From NCBI GenBank assembly GCA_038231275.1, contig JBBRLQ010000002.1:160001-224000 (forward strand): a DNA stretch of 64,000 nt, written 5' to 3'. Both the position numbers and the translations under genes were made by a program. The notes under the pieces are model-generated. The model was not told the DNA's origin, did no database searches, and saw only the letters and a program-made list of their open reading frames with translations. The stretch is from Polyangiales bacterium (lineage in GTDB: Bacteria; Myxococcota_A; Polyangia; Polyangiales; Polyangiaceae). Below, one piece after another: positions 59,348 through 64,000 of this stretch (position 1 is the first letter of the stretch; each line of letters opens with the position of its first letter).

Positions 59348-59755
59348 ATGTCCCGTCGCTTCTGTCGCTTCTGGTCTCGTGCCGCCACCACCCTCTTCCT
59401 CTCTGCGCTCCCCATCACCGCGTTCGCCGACGATGGCGTGTCCGTCGTGCGAGGACAGTTCACGAACAAAGTGGAGGCGAGCAAGCCCGTCGGCGACGCG
59501 TCCACCATCGCCAGCGGTCAGGTCGCCACCTACTGGGTCGAGGTGAGCAACCCCAACGACGCGACGCAGATCACGCTGGTGTGGAAGCTCGATGGCGTCG
59601 AGTCCGGCAAGCAGACGCTCGACGTCGGGCGCGCGCCGCACTGGCGCACGTGGGGCTCGTGGCCGACCAAGAAGGCGCACGCCATCGAGGTGCAGGTGCT
59701 CGACAAGGACGGGCGCGAGCTCCAGAAGGAGACGCTCGCGCTCGAGAGCAAGTAG
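59348..59755 (+). CDS. Secreted DUF2914-like protein
   Basis: GGAGG RBS; signal ending AFA-D; ITLVW..LDVG..WRTW..VQVLD.DG. Confidence 0.7.
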   Translation: MSRRFCRFWSRAATTLFLSALPITAFADDGVSVVRGQFTNKVEASKPVGDASTIASGQVATYWVEVSNPNDATQITLVWKLDGVESGKQTLDVGRAPHWRTWGSWPTKKAHAIEVQVLDKDGRELQKETLALESK

Positions 59756-59763
59756 GAGCCGAC

Positions 59764-60756
59764 TCAGCGCGCGCGACGGCGGCGACGCATCACGCTTGCC
59801 ACTGCAATCCCGAGCGCCGCCCACGCGCCGCCGTTCACGGCGATGGAGGCGCTCGATGACACTGCGCAGCCGCCGCTCTTCGTCGGCGTGCCCGCCGTGT
59901 CCGCCACGCACGCCGAGCTGAGGCCGTTACGCGGCGCAGGCTCGCAGGTCCCGGCCGCCGTGAAGCCGTTCGCCGATACCGACGTGTCCACGGGCCTCGG
60001 CCCTGCTGCCGGATAGATCGCGCAGATGGCGGCGGCGTCGTCGGCCCCGAGCGCGCGGTGCTTCGACGAGCCGCCCTCGTCCTGGAAATACATGACCGCG
60101 GTCGCGTCGGGCGAGTGCGCGACGCCGAGGAAGTGGCCCCCCTCGTGCGTGAGGACGCTCTCGAGGTCGAAGACCCCGGTGCCGGGCGTGTCGGTGACGG
60201 TGATCTTGTGATCGGCGGTGTTTAGCTCGATGTCCGCGTCGAGGATCTCCCCGGTGTCGCGGTTGAAGCTGACCGTCGTGAGCGCCACCGTCGGCGACGC
60301 TTGGTTGAGGCGCTGCTGCTCGGCGGTCTTGTGCGGCCACGCGCTGTCGCGGAAGACGATGACGTTCTGGTTGCCCGTGTTCAGGTTGAACGACGCGGCC
60401 CCGCACGCCACCGGGCCGAGATCTTGTCCTTGCACCGACGGGGCGCCGGGGCACGTCGCGCTCGCCCACGCCGAGAACGCGCCGGAGGCCGCGGCCGTCG
60501 CCTGCGCGATCGTCGCGTAGCGGCTGCCGTCCTTCTGGAGGCTGTAGCCGACGCAGGTGCTCTTCCACCAGAGGGGCACGCTCTTGGCGGAGTCCGCTCC
60601 CATCACGCAGCTCGTGAGGTCGACGGGCGCGCACAGCGTCGCGCTCGGCGTGAAGTCGGACGGCGGCGCGCACGTGAACGTGCGGCAGAACGCCTGCGCC
60701 TCGGGCGCGAGGAGCATCACCACAGCGGCGTAAAGGAAGCCCGACGAGAAGCGCAC
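59764..60756 (-). CDS. Matrixin-like (M10/metzincin) metalloprotease with MYXO-CTERM-like tail
   Basis: Signal AQA-F; ILDADIELN; HEGGHFLGVAH plus Met-turn AVMY; tail GGC..TM..RRRRR. Confidence 0.88.
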   Translation of the reverse strand: MRFSSGFLYAAVVMLLAPEAQAFCRTFTCAPPSDFTPSATLCAPVDLTSCVMGADSAKSVPLWWKSTCVGYSLQKDGSRYATIAQATAAASGAFSAWASATCPGAPSVQGQDLGPVACGAASFNLNTGNQNVIVFRDSAWPHKTAEQQRLNQASPTVALTTVSFNRDTGEILDADIELNTADHKITVTDTPGTGVFDLESVLTHEGGHFLGVAHSPDATAVMYFQDEGGSSKHRALGADDAAAICAIYPAAGPRPVDTSVSANGFTAAGTCEPAPRNGLSSACVADTAGTPTKSGGCAVSSSASIAVNGGAWAALGIAVASVMRRRRRAR

Positions 60757-60767
60757 GTCCGCTCAGT

Positions 60768-61631
60768 CTAGCGCTTCGACGTCGTCCCGCCCATGGCCCT
60801 TTCGAGCGAGCTGAAGCGCGCGAGGATCTCGGCGTTCATGTGGTCGAGCGCCTCGTGAAGTTGCGAGATTTCAAGCTCGGCGCGCAGGTTCACCTGGTAC
60901 TCGATGTCGTTCCGGACACGCTCGCGGGCGACTTGGCGGTTCTGGCTCAAGAGGACGAACACGCTGAGGATGATCGCCTCGAGCGACACCACCATCGTGA
61001 GCAGGCCGAACGGGAACGGGTCGAAGCCGCCGAAGGACGCGTGCGCGAGCGGCCCGACGTTGAGGATGATCCACACGAAGAAGATGCCGCAGTGCATGAA
61101 GAGGAACGGCAAGCTCCCCGAGAACTCGCTGATCCAATCGGCGACCTTCATCACCGTCGTGCGTCGATCTTCTTCTTCTTCGTTCACGTTGCGCGACGCG
61201 GTGCCCCGGAGGAGGCGCGCCGTCTCGCGCAGGCGCTTGCCCATGGCGGTCAGGAACATGTGGGCTGACTCGGGGCGCACCTTCAGGAGCTCGTCCAGAT
61301 CGCCGCGATCGACGACGACGGCCTCCACGTCGGTCACGACCTTGGCGGTCGCGGTGCGCGGTCCCATGTCGAGCAGCGAGATCTCCCCGAAAAAATCGCC
61401 GGCCTGCGCGCGCTCGAGCACCATCGTCTCGCCGGTGTCGTTCTTGACGGTGATCTCGACCTCGCCGCTGATGACGACGTACATCGACTCGCCGGGATCG
61501 CCGCGGTTGAAGAGGACCTTGCCGGCCTCGTGCTTCTCCACGTCGACCCGGTCGGCCAGGACCTGACGCGTGGCCGCGTCGAGCGGTTCGAAGAGCGGCA
61601 CGCCGGCGAGCATTTCTTCGATGGATGCCAT
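60768..61631 (-). CDS. Cyclic-nucleotide-binding domain + DUF1003 membrane protein
   Basis: GDPGESMYVVISGEV..GDFFGEISLLD..PRTATA; FDPFPFGLLTMVVSLEAI..VLLSQNRQ. Confidence 0.9.
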   Translation of the reverse strand: MASIEEMLAGVPLFEPLDAATRQVLADRVDVEKHEAGKVLFNRGDPGESMYVVISGEVEITVKNDTGETMVLERAQAGDFFGEISLLDMGPRTATAKVVTDVEAVVVDRGDLDELLKVRPESAHMFLTAMGKRLRETARLLRGTASRNVNEEEEDRRTTVMKVADWISEFSGSLPFLFMHCGIFFVWIILNVGPLAHASFGGFDPFPFGLLTMVVSLEAIILSVFVLLSQNRQVARERVRNDIEYQVNLRAELEISQLHEALDHMNAEILARFSSLERAMGGTTSKR

Positions 61632-61652
61632 CGCTGCGGTTCTATCACCATT

Positions 61653-63941
61653 TCACCGCTCGACGCGCACTGGCGTCGCGCCGGGCGGGGTGGTCACGGG
61701 GGTCGGGGCGCGAGGAGACGGGCCGCCCCAGGTCTGGACGGGCACCGGCAGCTCCAACGCGTCCTGCGGCGTGTGATCCTTCACCTCGCGCGGCGCGCGG
61801 AGCTCCTCCAGCTTTCGCTCGGCGTCGATCTTGCGCGCCGAACCGCGCATCACGTGCACGAGCCCGCGCGTGCGAGAGAAGTCCGCGGGCGGCGTCCACT
61901 TCCTGCCGCTGAAGACCACCGCGTGGTCGATCATCTCCTGCCGCTCATCCATCTTCTGCTGGAAGATGCGCCGCTTGTCCGCCTCGTCGCGCATGATGTG
62001 CGGCGTGAGCACGAGGATGAGGTTGCTCTTCTCGTTCTGATCGGTGCTGCTCCGGAAGAGGGCGCCGAGGAGCGGGATGTCGCCGAGGAGCGGCACCTTC
62101 GTCTCGGTGCGCGACAGCCGATTTCGCACGAGCCCCGCGATCACCATCGTCTCGCCGTCCTTCACCGTGAGCGTGGTCGTCGCGCTTCGTTCGACCCACG
62201 AGATCGATCCGTAGACGTCTGCCTTGTCGGGGACGCTCTGCACGTCGCTGATCGTCTCCTCGATGTCGATGCGCACCTCGTTCGAGTCGTTCATGTGCGG
62301 CGTCACCTTGATGCGCGGGCCGATCGCCTGGAGGTTGCCCGGTGATGTGCCCGCGGAAGGCAGCGTCAGGCCGCCGGCGATGATGGGGGCGGCGGGCGCA
62401 TGCGGCGTGAGCGGGATGCGCAGCTGCACCTTCAGCTCCGCCGGCGTGTTGTCGCTCGCGACGATCTGTGGCGTCGAGAGGATGTCGCTCCCGCGCGTCT
62501 GCGCCATCGCCGTGATGAACGCGCCCACCGCCGGGATCTTCGAGATCGACGAGCTCGTGCCGGTGGGGATCGCGAACGGCAGCGGAATTTCCGGCCCGCG
62601 GATGCCTAGCGCGAACGCTTGAAGATCGGTGGCGTTGGGCGTGAGGGCGGAGGTGCCCGCGCGGAAGCCGCCATAGAGGAAGCTGTCGTCGCCCTTACCG
62701 GCGGTGCTTCCGCCGTGGAACGCGAAGCCGAGATCGAGGTCGTGCTCCGCCGAGATCTCCATCACGACGGCCTCGATGTAGACCTGCCTCTTGGGCATGT
62801 CGAGGCGATCGATGACCGCCTTGACCGCCGCGAAATCGCGCGGCGACGACGTGACCAGGAGCGAATTGGTGGTCTCGTCGGCGCTGACCTTGACGCTCGA
62901 CTCGAGGATGGCGAGCTGCGCGGGCCTCGCGCCGCCGGAAATCGCTTGCGCTTGCGCCGCCCCTCCCCCGCCGCCGGCCGCGCCGAGCGCCTCGTTCAAT
63001 GGCCCCACGATCTTTTTCGCGTCGGCGTGCTGGAGGTTGACGACGTGCACCTGCCCGTCGCTCGTCACCGGGATGTCGATCTTCCGCAAGACGTCGACGA
63101 CGCGCCGATACGACGCTTCGCTCGCCACGATCGCGAGCGCGTTCGGTCGCTCGAACGCGACGAGGCGTGAGACGCGAAGCTCCCCCATCGTCGGTCCGTC
63201 GAGCTTTTTTTTCAGGTCGAAGAGCTCGGTCAGCTTCTTCTCGATGTCGGCCGACGCCGCGTAGTAGATGGGCTCCACGTAGAGGTGCTCGGCGGGGCCC
63301 GACGTGTCGACCTCTTGGACGATCTGGAGCAGGCGCCGCACGTTCGTGCCGGTGTCGGTCATGATGAGAAGGTTGCCCGGCGCGTACGTGACGATGCTGC
63401 CGTCGCGCGTCTGGAGCTTGCCGAGGATGCCGGCCACTTCGTCGGCGCCCGCGTGGGCGAGGCGATGGAGGCGCGTGACGTACCGCTCCTCGGGCGGCGC
63501 TTCGGCGACGATCGGCGTCGTCTGACGTGCCGCGTCCTGCGACTCGACGATCTTGTAGAGGCCTCCTTCGGGGATGACCGTGAGGCCGTTGCCCTGGAGC
63601 ATCGACAGGAACGCGCGGTACGCCTCTTCGACGGTGACCTTCTGCGTCGCGAAGACCGTGGCCTTCAGCGTGCGAGGCTTCGCGGTGGCGACGACGAAGC
63701 GCTTACCCGTGAGCTCGCCGATCGTCTTCACCAGATCCGGGAGATCGGCATCCTCGACCTGGAACGAGACGAGCTCGCCGGGAGACTTCGGCTTCACGGG
63801 CGCCTTGTCGGCCGGCTTCTCGGGCGGTTTGTCGGCCGGCTTGTCGGGCGTCGTCGCGGCGGTGTCGGCGTGCGCGCTGCGACCGGCGCCGAGCGCGCAT
63901 GCGAGGAGAGAACTAAAAAAGAAGAAGCTCGCGCGTCGCAT
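61653..63941 (-). CDS. gspD: Type II secretion secretin D
   Basis: N0 (DLVKTIGELTGKRF), N1-N3 repeats (NLLIMTD, ADETTNSLLV, LDMPKRQVYIEA), secretin ILSTP..KVPLLGDIPLLGALF. Confidence 0.93.
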   Translation of the reverse strand: MRRASFFFFSSLLACALGAGRSAHADTAATTPDKPADKPPEKPADKAPVKPKSPGELVSFQVEDADLPDLVKTIGELTGKRFVVATAKPRTLKATVFATQKVTVEEAYRAFLSMLQGNGLTVIPEGGLYKIVESQDAARQTTPIVAEAPPEERYVTRLHRLAHAGADEVAGILGKLQTRDGSIVTYAPGNLLIMTDTGTNVRRLLQIVQEVDTSGPAEHLYVEPIYYAASADIEKKLTELFDLKKKLDGPTMGELRVSRLVAFERPNALAIVASEASYRRVVDVLRKIDIPVTSDGQVHVVNLQHADAKKIVGPLNEALGAAGGGGGAAQAQAISGGARPAQLAILESSVKVSADETTNSLLVTSSPRDFAAVKAVIDRLDMPKRQVYIEAVVMEISAEHDLDLGFAFHGGSTAGKGDDSFLYGGFRAGTSALTPNATDLQAFALGIRGPEIPLPFAIPTGTSSSISKIPAVGAFITAMAQTRGSDILSTPQIVASDNTPAELKVQLRIPLTPHAPAAPIIAGGLTLPSAGTSPGNLQAIGPRIKVTPHMNDSNEVRIDIEETISDVQSVPDKADVYGSISWVERSATTTLTVKDGETMVIAGLVRNRLSRTETKVPLLGDIPLLGALFRSSTDQNEKSNLILVLTPHIMRDEADKRRIFQQKMDERQEMIDHAVVFSGRKWTPPADFSRTRGLVHVMRGSARKIDAERKLEELRAPREVKDHTPQDALELPVPVQTWGGPSPRAPTPVTTPPGATPVRVER

Positions 63942-63950
63942 TTCATCGCG

Positions 63951-63978
63951 AAGACGGGCGTGGCGCAGTGGCTATTCC
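63951..63978 (-). promoter_or_regulatory. Possible ECF promoter GGAAT-N17-CGTCTT upstream of gspD
   Basis: Minus-strand motif ending 9 nt before ATG 63941. Confidence 0.35.
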
Positions 63979-64000
63979 ACCGCGGATTTCGTTGTCACTT

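Overview
High-GC bacterial chromosomal DNA (roughly 70% by eye). Gene content points to Myxococcota, probably Polyangia (Labilithrix/Sorangium-like): a MYXO-CTERM-type tail, many lipoproteins with Ser/Gly/Thr linkers, FHA proteins, ECF/anti-sigma triplets and an AgmX/PglI-like C-terminal domain. About 60 densely packed CDSs are supportable. They include prfC, zwf, msrB, uppP, pip, a 1-Cys peroxiredoxin, a membrane adenylate cyclase, GT87/GT39 glycosyltransferases with an MMPL transporter, gspC and gspD, two ECF sigma modules and many secreted hypothetical proteins. I found no rRNA, tRNA, CRISPR array, integrase or transposase. Best candidate for an undescribed system: a minus-strand cassette at 12600-16869 (secreted protein, ECF sigma, anti-sigma, outer-membrane barrel, five-heme cytochrome c lipoprotein). 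The same bipartite motif, T(G/C)ATAA-N13-GCTCCAC, sits just upstream of both the sigma gene and the barrel-cytochrome pair. Other strong signals are a recurring TAnnnT-N6/7-start pattern suggesting leaderless mRNAs, a stand-alone PEP-utiliser mobile domain with its phospho-His replaced by Asp inside an ECF42 operon, a tandem palindromic operator with no adjacent regulator, three sigma54-type promoters and a short REP-like hairpin family between convergent genes. Two apparent single-base frameshifts next to short homopolymer runs may be sequencing errors. All domain calls come from motif recognition by eye, not database searches.
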